Shown: piece by piece, positions 1-9,883 of the stretch | Layout: each line of letters starts with the position of its first letter | Position numbering within the stretch: position 1 is the first letter of the stretch | Assembly (NCBI RefSeq): GCF_001545095.1 | Contig: NZ_CP013213.1 | Span: forward strand, 720,001-752,000 | Direction of reading: 5' to 3' | Source of the DNA: Erysipelothrix larvae | GTDB taxonomy: Bacteria > Bacillota_I > Bacilli_A > Erysipelotrichales > Erysipelotrichaceae | DNA length: 32,000 nucleotides | Notes under the pieces: generated by a model | Databases searched by the model: none | What the model saw: the letters and a program-made list of their open reading frames with translations, nothing else | What the model was told of the DNA's origin: nothing | Translations under genes and position numbers: made by a program

Positions 1-2
1 AT

Positions 3-404
3 ATGGAACAAGAGACGACTCTTTTCAAAGATACAATCGCTAATAATATCCGAATTGGGAAATGGGACGCAACCCATGATGAAATCAGTGAAGCAGCGAA
101 GAAGGCAAACATCCATGATTTTATCATGACCTTACCCCAGGGATATGATACACTCATTAATAATTCAGTCTCATCGGGTGAAAAACAGCGTATTGGATTA
201 GCACGCCTGTTCTTACACGATGCATCACTGTGGCTTCTTGATGAACCTACCAGTAATTTGGACAGCTTGAATGAAGCAGAAATCATGCAAACCATCGAAA
301 CACTCAAAGACGAAAAAGCAATTGTGATAAGTTCACATCGTAAATCGACCCTATCGATTGTTGATTCTAAAGTAGATTTAGATCATATTTCTGGTACCAT
401 GTGA
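3..404 (+). CDS. ABC transporter ATP-binding domain, C-terminal fragment (gene begins upstream of window)
   Basis: ORF is open to the window edge. It has an ABC signature-like SSGEKQR, Walker B LWLLDEPTSNLD and H-loop SSHR, and resembles CydC/CydD-type or multidrug exporter NBDs. Confidence 0.8.
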   Translation: MEQETTLFKDTIANNIRIGKWDATHDEISEAAKKANIHDFIMTLPQGYDTLINNSVSSGEKQRIGLARLFLHDASLWLLDEPTSNLDSLNEAEIMQTIETLKDEKAIVISSHRKSTLSIVDSKVDLDHISGTM

Positions 405-409
405 AAGCT

Positions 410-437
410 TTGTGATAAAACCGGATTTCCCTATAAT
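410..437 (+). promoter_or_regulatory. candidate sigma-A promoter for the lipoprotein gene
   Basis: TTGTGA (410-415), 16-nt spacer, TATAAT (432-437). A second TGcTATAAT at 452-460 lies too close to the ORF start to serve it. Confidence 0.35.
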
Positions 438-461
438 TTTAGTTTATAACTTGCTATAATT

Positions 462-956
462 GTGAAGGTGATGGTTTTGAGACAAAGTATATCAATGTTA
501 CTCTTATTACTGATTATAACTGGGTGTGCACAATCGAATCCTTCGACTGATGCTACTGGCTTTTTATGTGAAAAACAGGATTATGGTTTGGTTGAAGTCC
601 GTGAGTTAATCCTGGATAGTGATGGAACAATAAAGAAACTGATTTCTACATCACGCATTGAATTTGATGCCAGCCAATCTGCAGATGTTACAATCGAGGA
701 TTATCAGATGTTCTTGGCCCAACTCTATGAAAGCCTTGTATCTCAAGATGATGGAATCAATTATTCAAGCCAAATCATTGAGAATATTATTGAAGTAATC
801 ATGACCTTTGATATGGTTCAAATTTCAGATAGTACGCTTGTTTGGCTGGGGTTACCCATTGAAAATACTCAAAATCGCATTATCGTTGAACAATATATCG
901 ATAACCTAGAATCAAACGGTTATCAATGCAAAACTACAACAGCTACCCTTGGGTAG
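462..956 (+). CDS. putative lipoprotein of unknown function
   Basis: N-terminal signal peptide ending in the lipobox-like LIITGC (SISMLLLLLIITGCAQS). No recognisable catalytic motifs. Start is uncertain (GTG 462 or ATG 471). Confidence 0.65.
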   Translation: MKVMVLRQSISMLLLLLIITGCAQSNPSTDATGFLCEKQDYGLVEVRELILDSDGTIKKLISTSRIEFDASQSADVTIEDYQMFLAQLYESLVSQDDGINYSSQIIENIIEVIMTFDMVQISDSTLVWLGLPIENTQNRIIVEQYIDNLESNGYQCKTTTATLG

Positions 957-988
957 TTTTTTATTTCAATGGATACACGGTTGGATGT

Positions 989-1015
989 AAAATATTATTT
1001 CTTCTATGGTATAAT
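989..1015 (+). promoter_or_regulatory. proC-murR promoter: extended -10 plus operator-like element
   Basis: TGgTATAAT (TG 1007-1008, TATAAT 1010-1015), preceded by AAAATATTATTTC (989-1001). The same 12-mer at the same spacing occurs in the murQ promoter. Confidence 0.5.
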
Positions 1016-1038
1016 ACCCACAAGGAGCGTGATATATA

Positions 1039-1830
1039 ATGCGTATAGGATTTGTTGGCGTTGGTAATATGGGTGGTGCAATACTCGATGGGCTGATGAG
1101 TTCAGGGGCTTATCAACCAAAAGAAGTATCCATTAGTGGGTCAAACCCTAATCGATTAAAAGAACTAAAACTGAAGTATGATGTCGTGGTTTCAACATCC
1201 AATCTTGAGTGTGTTACATCAAGTGATATTGTATTTTTAGGGGTTAAACCCGATATTCATGCCGTAATCGCGCATGAATTTAAAGACGAAGTGAAATCCA
1301 GTGTTTTAGTATCAATGGCTGCCAAGGTATCGCTTCAAGAGTTAGAACGGATTTATGGTCGAGTGGCTATTGTTAGAATTATGCCGAATTTGAATGTCAC
1401 AATCCAAGAAGGAATTACTGCTATTTGTCGCAATCAGTATGTGAGTGATGAACATTATGAGGCAATTCAAACAATCCTTCAAACCTTAGGTGAGGTCGTG
1501 GAGATCGAAGAATCATTGATGAGTGCATTTATTGGTATTGCAGGAAGTTCTCCAGCTTTTGTATTTCGCTTTATCGATGAACTGATTAAACCCGCAATTG
1601 CAGATGGAATGGATCCAAAGCACGCCTTGCATATTGCATCTGTGGCAGTCAGTGGCAGTGCACATTATCTTGATGTGAGTGAAGAGAGCGCAACACAACT
1701 GATCAAAAATGTAAGCTCACCCAATGGCACGACGGTTGAAGGGTTAAAAATGTTGGATAAGTATGGATTTGATGAAACGATTGAAAAGGCAGTGGTCGCG
1801 GTTATGAAAAAAGATAAAGGCGAACTATAG
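1039..1830 (+). CDS. proC: pyrroline-5-carboxylate reductase
   Basis: 263 aa. N-terminal Rossmann motif IGFVGVGNMGGAIL, C-terminal SPNGTTVEGL motif typical of ProC, and RBS AAGGAG upstream. Confidence 0.88.
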   Translation: MRIGFVGVGNMGGAILDGLMSSGAYQPKEVSISGSNPNRLKELKLKYDVVVSTSNLECVTSSDIVFLGVKPDIHAVIAHEFKDEVKSSVLVSMAAKVSLQELERIYGRVAIVRIMPNLNVTIQEGITAICRNQYVSDEHYEAIQTILQTLGEVVEIEESLMSAFIGIAGSSPAFVFRFIDELIKPAIADGMDPKHALHIASVAVSGSAHYLDVSEESATQLIKNVSSPNGTTVEGLKMLDKYGFDETIEKAVVAVMKKDKGEL

Positions 1831-1838
1831 GGGGATTT

Positions 1839-2681
1839 ATGAGTTGTTTATTACGAATACAAGAATCAAGTCATGATTTTACAGATACAGAAAAAAAGAT
1901 TGCGGATTACATTGTTGTAGAAAAATCACATGTGATCAATTATTCGGTGCAAGAACTTGCGAAAAAGACAAATACTTCTCCAGCGGCAGTTGTTCGGTTT
2001 TCAAAGAAGATTGGTTATAAAGGATATATGAACCTTAAGGTTGATTTAGCACAAGATATCAAAAACGATCGTGTGAAAACAGATAATATTGTACGTGAGG
2101 ATGATGAAATCTCAGTATTAATTCAAAAGGCGAAGAATTCTTCGTTGGACACGTTGGATAAAACCTATCAGTTGTTGGATGAAGATCTGCTCTTACACGC
2201 CATTTTAACGATGCGTCATGCAAAACGTATTTTCTTATTGGGAATTGGTGGCTCCGCAATTGTATGCTATGATTTACATCAAAAACTCTTGCGTGTAAAT
2301 GTTGATTCTCGTTTTGAAATGGATTATCATGTGCAACTCGCTGCACTTAATCACATAACAAAAGACGACGTCTGTATTGCGATATCATACAGTGGGGATA
2401 CTGAAGAAATCGTCTATGCTTTGAAATATGCGAAAGAGCAAGGGGCAAAGACCATTGGGATTACACGATTTGGGAAAACACCCATTCAAAAATACTTGAA
2501 TATTGCATTACAAATACCGCATACAGAAAAAGAATACCGTCTGGGATCAATTCTATCTCGGTTTTCATTTTTAGCGGTAACGGATTTATTATATTATGGC
2601 GTTGTTCAAGAATCCTTAGACCGACGAATTGAAACAATTGTTAAGACAAGAGAGCTCACAAAAGGGCTTCATAAAAATTAA
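1839..2681 (+). CDS. murR: RpiR/MurR-family transcriptional regulator (HTH + SIS domain)
   Basis: N-terminal HTH_6-like region (EKKIADYIV...ELAKKTNTSPAAVVRFSKKIGYKGY) and a C-terminal SIS domain (FLLGIGGSAIV). Sits 8 nt after the proC stop and immediately upstream of murQ. Confidence 0.8.
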   Translation: MSCLLRIQESSHDFTDTEKKIADYIVVEKSHVINYSVQELAKKTNTSPAAVVRFSKKIGYKGYMNLKVDLAQDIKNDRVKTDNIVREDDEISVLIQKAKNSSLDTLDKTYQLLDEDLLLHAILTMRHAKRIFLLGIGGSAIVCYDLHQKLLRVNVDSRFEMDYHVQLAALNHITKDDVCIAISYSGDTEEIVYALKYAKEQGAKTIGITRFGKTPIQKYLNIALQIPHTEKEYRLGSILSRFSFLAVTDLLYYGVVQESLDRRIETIVKTRELTKGLHKN

Positions 2682-2707
2682 AAGGCCGTATTTACGGTCT
2701 TTTTTTA
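2681..2707 (+). terminator. rho-independent terminator after murR
   Basis: Stem GGCCG (2684-2688) / CGGTC (2695-2699), flanked by an A-run and followed by TTTTTTT. Confidence 0.5.
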
Positions 2708-2715
2708 ATTCTTGA

Positions 2716-2744
2716 TTGAAATATTATTTCGTTTACCATATAAT
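2716..2744 (+). promoter_or_regulatory. murQ operon promoter with embedded palindrome
   Basis: TTGAAA (2716-2721), 17-nt spacer, TATAAT (2739-2744). The spacer contains the perfect 6-1-6 palindrome GAAATA-T-TATTTC (2718-2730). Confidence 0.55.
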
Positions 2745-2769
2745 ATCTATGAAATAAGGGAGAAATATT

Positions 2770-3666
2770 ATGTTAAACCTATCAACGTTACAAACAGAAC
2801 AAAGAAATCAGAATACATTGAGCATTGACACATTATCAACACTTGAAATGGTACACCTTATCAATCAAGAAGATACACAGGTTCTCAATGCAATCAGTGA
2901 ATGTGCACCCAGTATCGCAACGGCGATTGATGCCATTTATCCGTGCATTGAAAACAAAGGGAGACTTGTGTATATGGGTGCTGGAACTTCCGGAAGATTG
3001 GGTGTATTGGATGCTTCAGAATGGTTTCCAACCTATGGTGTAGGTGAAGAATCTGTTATCGGTATGATTGCAGGAGGCGATGTAGCATTAAGAGTTCCAA
3101 TCGAAGGTGCTGAAGATGATCGTGACCAGGCTGTTAAAGACATGCAATCAATTCACTTTAATCAAAACGATGTCTTGCTTGCAATTGCTTCATCAGGTCG
3201 TACACCCTATTGCATTGGTGCGTTAGAATATGCTAAATCATTGGGTGCAAAAACTGTTTCATTGGCGTGTGTTTCAAAAAGTGAAATTGGTCAGATTGCA
3301 GATATCGCCATCGAAGCCATCACAGGACCTGAGGTTGTGACTGGATCAACCCGTATGAAAGCGGGATCGGCACAAAAAATGATCCTAAACATCATTTCAA
3401 CATCCTGTATGATTAAGTATGGGAAGGTTTATGGAAACCTCATGGTAGATGTAAAACCTACGAATGTGAAACTGATTCAAAGAGCTAAGAATATTATCCA
3501 AGAAGCAACGGGCTGTACACAAAAGCGTGCATCCGATTTACTGACACAAAGTCATGACAATGTGAAAGTTGCGATTGTTATGGAACTAATGAATGCCGAT
3601 TATGAGCATGCGTGTCAAATGTTATCGGACAATGAGGGACGGATTACACATGTTGTTTCACGATAA
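2770..3666 (+). CDS. murQ: N-acetylmuramic acid 6-phosphate etherase
   Basis: 298 aa SIS-domain protein with the characteristic MurQ motifs GAGTSGRLG, SSGRTPY and TGSTRMKAGSAQK. RBS AAGGGAG. Confidence 0.9.
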   Translation: MLNLSTLQTEQRNQNTLSIDTLSTLEMVHLINQEDTQVLNAISECAPSIATAIDAIYPCIENKGRLVYMGAGTSGRLGVLDASEWFPTYGVGEESVIGMIAGGDVALRVPIEGAEDDRDQAVKDMQSIHFNQNDVLLAIASSGRTPYCIGALEYAKSLGAKTVSLACVSKSEIGQIADIAIEAITGPEVVTGSTRMKAGSAQKMILNIISTSCMIKYGKVYGNLMVDVKPTNVKLIQRAKNIIQEATGCTQKRASDLLTQSHDNVKVAIVMELMNADYEHACQMLSDNEGRITHVVSR

Positions 3667-4804
3667 GGACACAGTTATTGGTCTTGGCATCATGTCTGGG
3701 ACTTCTTTAGATGGCATTGATGTTGCATCGGTTCTTTTTGATAAAGGAAGGTGTACATTACGACATTTTGAAAGCTATCCAATCGATGATGACCTGAAGC
3801 AAAAAATACTGGATGCATGTAACCCTGAAACCTCGGGTGTCGATACAATCTGTTCTTTAAACTTTGAACTGGGAAAGACCATCGCGCAGTGTGTGGAAAC
3901 ATTTCAACATACTTACCATGAACCCCTTGATTTTATCGCAACCCATGGTCAGACGTTGTATCATATTCCTTCAAGTACAGACCATCTCGTACGTTCAACC
4001 CTACAAATTGGTGAACCTTCCTATCTGGCGTATCAATTTGGTGTGCCAGTCGTATCAAACTTCAGAGTGATGGATATGGTTGCTGGTGGTGAGGGAGCGC
4101 CTCTTGTACCATTTACCGAAAAGATTCTATTTTATGATGAACAGGTTACAACCTGTATTCAAAATATTGGTGGGATTGGGAATGTGTCGGTCATCTCAAA
4201 AGATAAGCAAAAAGAAGTGATTGCCTTTGATACAGGTCCTGGGAATATGTGGATGAATGCTGCCATGCAAGCCTTTTACAAAAAACCTTATGATAAGGAT
4301 GGTGCAATTGCTCAGATGGGGAGTGAAATACCCGAACTCATGCAGGACTTAATCTGTGATCCCTATTTTAACATCACGCCACCAAAAAGCACCGGTCGCG
4401 AATATTTTAGCGAAGCGAAGGTTCATGCCTTTTGTAAAAGGTATTGTGATCGCCAAGAAGACCTAATCCATACGCTTACTAAATTCACCGCCTATTCAAT
4501 TTATCGCTCGTATCAAGATTACATCTTGCCACACGAAACCATTGATCGTATTGTTTTATGTGGGGGCGGTGCCTATAACAAGACTCTTGTCTCAATGATT
4601 CAAGCGTATTTTAAAAACAATGCACTTAGCGTTGTGACAATGGAAGATTTAGGGTATTCTAGTGATGCAAAAGAAGCACTTGCTTTTGCATTGTTGGGCT
4701 ATAATACACTGCTTGGAAACGTCAATAACTGTCCAAGTGCTACAGGTGCTAAAGAACAGGTAATATGTGGGATGATTACCCCACCACACAGGAGAAACAC
4801 ATGA
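3650..4804 (+). CDS. anmK: anhydro-N-acetylmuramic acid kinase
   Basis: GIMSGTSLDGIDVA N-terminus and DTGPGN motif typical of AnmK. Start reassigned from 3593 to ATG 3650 (RBS GAGGGACGG at about 3634-3642). Overlaps the murQ stop by 17 nt. Confidence 0.85.
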   Translation: MLFHDKDTVIGLGIMSGTSLDGIDVASVLFDKGRCTLRHFESYPIDDDLKQKILDACNPETSGVDTICSLNFELGKTIAQCVETFQHTYHEPLDFIATHGQTLYHIPSSTDHLVRSTLQIGEPSYLAYQFGVPVVSNFRVMDMVAGGEGAPLVPFTEKILFYDEQVTTCIQNIGGIGNVSVISKDKQKEVIAFDTGPGNMWMNAAMQAFYKKPYDKDGAIAQMGSEIPELMQDLICDPYFNITPPKSTGREYFSEAKVHAFCKRYCDRQEDLIHTLTKFTAYSIYRSYQDYILPHETIDRIVLCGGGAYNKTLVSMIQAYFKNNALSVVTMEDLGYSSDAKEALAFALLGYNTLLGNVNNCPSATGAKEQVICGMITPPHRRNT

Positions 4805-5889
4805 GAAAATTAGGAATATCAATCTATCCAGACAAATCCTCAGTAAGTGACATGAAGACATATATTGAAAATGCTGCACATGCAGGGTTTTCACGCATCT
4901 TTTCGTGCCTACTGTCTGTTGATAAGTCAAAAGCAGTGATTGTTGAAGAGTTCAAGGATATTAACGACTTTGCCCATGAACTCGGGTTTGAGGTCATCGT
5001 GGATGTCAGTCCTCGTGTCTTTAATGAGCTGGGAATTTCATACAATGATTTATCGTTTTTTAAAGAAATTGGTGCAGACGGGTTGCGTCTTGATCAAGGA
5101 TTTACAGGATTAGAAGAAGCAATGATGACGTATAATCCATATGATTTACTCATTGAAATTAACGCAAGTATGGATACCCATACAATTGATACGATTATGG
5201 ATTATCAACCCAATCGTTTTAACTTAATTTCATGTCATAACTTTTATCCACATCCATATACTGGATTATCCTTAGATTTCTTCAACAAAGCCAATGCTCA
5301 TTTTACTCGTTATGGTTTAAGAACTGCGGCATTTGTGACTTCACAAGCACCTGCTTCATTTGGTCCATGGCCAGTATCCGATGGCTTATGCACCCTAGAA
5401 CTGCACCGTAACTTGCCTCTAGATGTTCAAATCAAACATTTTATCGCAATGGACAGTGTCGATGATATCTTGATATCAAACTGTTATCCATCACCACAGG
5501 AGCTAAAAGCAGTCTCAAAAATAAACCTCACAAAGGTTAATTTTAGTTGCACACTCATTGATAACTTACCAGAAATTGAAACAAAAATCGTATTGGAAGA
5601 GCCGCATTTTAACCGTGGTGATGTAAATGAGAACTTGATTCGTTCAACACAAAGCCGTGTGAAATACAAAGGGCATGCTTTTGAATTAGTGAATGTTCCA
5701 GATATCATTCGTCGTGGTGATATTATTATTGAAAGTAAAGACTATGGTCATTATGCAGGTGAATTGATGATCGCGAAGACAGACATGAAAAACTCTGGGA
5801 AAAGTAATGTTGTGGGACGTATAAATGAGGATGAGGTGTTCCTTTTAGATTATATTAAACCATGGCAAAAGTTTGAGTTCACACGATGA
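4801..5889 (+). CDS. mupG: DUF871 / MupG-like 6-phospho-N-acetylmuramidase
   Basis: The MRKLGISIYPDKSS... N-terminus and overall length fit the DUF871 family, to which S. aureus MupG belongs. Start set to ATG 4801 (RBS AGGAGA), giving an ATGA overlap with the anmK stop. Confidence 0.7.
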   Translation: MRKLGISIYPDKSSVSDMKTYIENAAHAGFSRIFSCLLSVDKSKAVIVEEFKDINDFAHELGFEVIVDVSPRVFNELGISYNDLSFFKEIGADGLRLDQGFTGLEEAMMTYNPYDLLIEINASMDTHTIDTIMDYQPNRFNLISCHNFYPHPYTGLSLDFFNKANAHFTRYGLRTAAFVTSQAPASFGPWPVSDGLCTLELHRNLPLDVQIKHFIAMDSVDDILISNCYPSPQELKAVSKINLTKVNFSCTLIDNLPEIETKIVLEEPHFNRGDVNENLIRSTQSRVKYKGHAFELVNVPDIIRRGDIIIESKDYGHYAGELMIAKTDMKNSGKSNVVGRINEDEVFLLDYIKPWQKFEFTR

Positions 5890-6740
5890 AACACTATCGA
5901 TTGGGTGTAGATGCAGGGGGGACCTATACCCGCTATGCTGTATATCTCGATGGTGATTTAGTTGAAGCAGTCACAGGACCTTCCATTCATTTTATGAGCG
6001 TTGGATTTAAAGGCATTGGTGAAGCCATTAAAAGCGGATTGAGTCAATTATCCCAAGCGTATCCTTTTGAGAAAGTATTATTTGGATTAGCAGGCTATGG
6101 TGAAGATCAGACATTACGGAATAAAATAAGTACGCAGGTTCATTCTGTGTTTTGTGACGCAATCTGTATCAATGATGCTCAACTCGCTCACATTGCTGCA
6201 CTAAAAAATCACGATGGCATCTTTGTGATTTCCGGAACTGGATCAATTGCACTGCGCAAACATCTCAACCAAACAACCCGTACTGGTGGTTTTGGTTATT
6301 TGCTGGATGATAGTGGAAGTGGCTTTTGGATTGGTCAAGCACTGTTAAGACGGTTTACGCACGAAGTGGATGGCAGAGAAAAACGGACGTCGGTTTATGC
6401 TACCATCATGGAAGCATTTGATTTGAAGTCTGGGTATGACATAATTCAATCCATATCAAATGCACAAAACACCCGTCAGACAATCGCATCGGTCAGTGGT
6501 TTGTTTAAAACATCGACTGAACCCGTTGTCCTTGATATCTTTAAAGAAGCAGGCTATCACTTAGCATGTTGTGCTAATGCCTTAGTTACTGAAGAAGATG
6601 ACCAGGTGAAGTGTTCATGTGGTGGTAGTGTGCTTATACACAATACGCATGTGCGTGAAAGCTTTGTCCATCACTTAACCCATCAAATCAACTTTAGTTT
6701 TGAACCCTATAATGCATGCGATGCAGTGCTCTATATTTAA
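5886..6740 (+). CDS. BadF/BadG/BcrA/BcrD-type ATPase; probable GlcNAc/MurNAc kinase
   Basis: N-terminal LGVDAGGTYTR phosphate-1 motif and ISGTGS motif of ASKHA/BadF-type sugar kinases. ATGA overlap with the mupG stop. Confidence 0.65.
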   Translation: MKHYRLGVDAGGTYTRYAVYLDGDLVEAVTGPSIHFMSVGFKGIGEAIKSGLSQLSQAYPFEKVLFGLAGYGEDQTLRNKISTQVHSVFCDAICINDAQLAHIAALKNHDGIFVISGTGSIALRKHLNQTTRTGGFGYLLDDSGSGFWIGQALLRRFTHEVDGREKRTSVYATIMEAFDLKSGYDIIQSISNAQNTRQTIASVSGLFKTSTEPVVLDIFKEAGYHLACCANALVTEEDDQVKCSCGGSVLIHNTHVRESFVHHLTHQINFSFEPYNACDAVLYI

Positions 6741-6745
6741 TCAAT

Positions 6746-6776
6746 AAGCAGACGTGTTAAAGAGTCTGCTTTTTTT
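6746..6776 (+). terminator. rho-independent terminator of the murQ operon
   Basis: AAGCAGAC (6746-6753) / GTCTGCTT (6764-6771), followed by a T-run. Confidence 0.7.
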
Positions 6777-6808
6777 AGGTGAATGTGTTATTATGATGTT
6801 AGAAAGGA

Positions 6809-7225
6809 GTGTTTTATCGAGAATACGATAGAACCAATGATAGTATGGGAAAATATAAAATTGTGATGGATGAAACAGAAACAGGTCTTAATCATTCGAT
6901 TGCTGATACAATCATTAAAGGTGGAGATACAACACCCCTTGATTTATTGCTTTATGCAGTTGCAGGATGCAATGGATTAGTAATTAAAAACTTATTGGAA
7001 GCCAATCGCATTGACTATAAACTGAATCGCATAGAATGTTCAGGGGAAACAGATCCTGACACGAATAAAACGAGTAAAATTGATGTCGCAATATATCTCA
7101 GTGTTTCTGAAGAAAATAAGGCAAAAGTTGAAAAACTTTCACATCAAATTCCTAGGTTTTGTACCGTGGTGCGAAGTTTAGACCCTGCCATCGATATAAC
7201 AGAAGGCGTAGTCTTTGAATCATGA
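6809..7225 (+). CDS. OsmC/Ohr-family protein
   Basis: LLLYAVAGCNG and PRFCTV motifs carry the two conserved OsmC-family cysteines. Start is uncertain (GTG 6809 abuts the RBS; ATG 6845 is an alternative). Confidence 0.75.
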   Translation: MFYREYDRTNDSMGKYKIVMDETETGLNHSIADTIIKGGDTTPLDLLLYAVAGCNGLVIKNLLEANRIDYKLNRIECSGETDPDTNKTSKIDVAIYLSVSEENKAKVEKLSHQIPRFCTVVRSLDPAIDITEGVVFES

Positions 7226-7271
7226 AAAAAAGGTATCGGATAAAAGTGTTTGCTTAATCCGATGCCTTTTT
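7224..7271. terminator. bidirectional terminator between convergent OsmC and radical SAM genes
   Basis: GGTATCGGAT (7232-7241) / ATCCGATGCC (7257-7266), flanked by an A-run on the left and a T-run on the right. Confidence 0.6.
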
Positions 7272-8217
7272 ATATAGATGTGGGTTTGTAAAGCCTTCCT
7301 TGCACGGTATTTCTTCTTGCCATTTCTTTATCAATATCATTTAATACAGAGACTTTCTTTAAAGTCCATAAGGGTGCTAAAACATCGTCCAAAACACCAT
7401 CACCCGTTAAGCGAGCAATCACAGTTTCGGGAGGTAACAATTCCAATTGCGCAATCACAAGATCAACATAAGTTTCTTGGTCGATGATATCAAATGGTTC
7501 TTGGAGATAACTTTGACCTAAAGGGGTGTCTTTAATGACATGTAACATATGTATTTTTATCATTTCAGGCTTCAATGAAGCACAAAAGCGCGCCGTTTCG
7601 AGCATCATCTCAACACTTTCATTGGGGAATCCATTGATTATGTGCAGACATACTGGAATATTTGCTTCTTTGAGTGCGTTAACACACTCAACAACACTGT
7701 TTAAATCATGCCCTCGATTCATCCAAAGCCCCGTTTGATGATGGATTGATTGAAGACCAATCTCAAAGGTTACTTCCTTATGAACGCTCATTGATTTAAA
7801 GAACGCAATCTTTTCTTGGTCAAGACAATCTGAGCGTGTCGCGATATCGATGGAAATAAAGCGATCATCAAAGAAGTAGGGGGTGTAGAGTTTTTTTAGT
7901 GCATGAAGGGGTGCGTGGGTGTTGGAATAGGATTGAAAGTAAGCAATCGCTTGTGCACCGTTCCATTTTCGGTTCATAATTTCAAATCCACCCTGTATTT
8001 GAAGTTCGATATTCTCGGTATCTGGAATCATATCTCCAGACCCGCGTTCTGAGCAAAAGTTACACCCTCCATAACCAACGGTTCCATCGCGGTTGGGACA
8101 TGAAAATCCAGCATCAATGCAAACTTTATATACTTTTGAACCATACTTTTGTCGGGTATAGTAATTGTAAGTATGATAGCGTTTGTTGTCGTTTGAGTAG
8201 ATAAAGGGTGAATTCAT
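7270..8217 (-). CDS. TIGR01212-family radical SAM protein
   Basis: CPNRDGTVGYGGCNFCSERGSG cluster typical of the TIGR01212 (YtqA-like) family. Start moved to the ATG 5 nt after GGAGG; the track's TTG start sits on the RBS. Confidence 0.85.
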   Translation of the reverse strand: MNSPFIYSNDNKRYHTYNYYTRQKYGSKVYKVCIDAGFSCPNRDGTVGYGGCNFCSERGSGDMIPDTENIELQIQGGFEIMNRKWNGAQAIAYFQSYSNTHAPLHALKKLYTPYFFDDRFISIDIATRSDCLDQEKIAFFKSMSVHKEVTFEIGLQSIHHQTGLWMNRGHDLNSVVECVNALKEANIPVCLHIINGFPNESVEMMLETARFCASLKPEMIKIHMLHVIKDTPLGQSYLQEPFDIIDQETYVDLVIAQLELLPPETVIARLTGDGVLDDVLAPLWTLKKVSVLNDIDKEMARRNTVQGRLYKPTSI

Positions 8218-8242
8218 AAATGCCTCCAATGAAAATAAGTAA

Positions 8243-9808
<1,566 letters not shown>

Positions 9809-9814
9809 TACATC

Positions 9815-9841
9815 AAAGACAACCTTGACGGTTGTCTTTTT
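9815..9841 (+). terminator. rho-independent terminator after the GH1 gene
   Basis: AAAGACAACC (9815-9824) / GGTTGTCTTT (9830-9839) plus a T-run. Confidence 0.7.
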
Positions 9842-9855
9842 GATACTTGTTGGGT

Positions 9856-9880
9856 AAATAAAAAGTGCTTGATAAGCACG
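9856..9880 (-). terminator. terminator of the Ham1-like gene
   Basis: On the minus strand: GTGCTT-ATC-AAGCAC followed by TTTTTATTT. Confidence 0.5.
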
Positions 9881-9883
9881 TAT

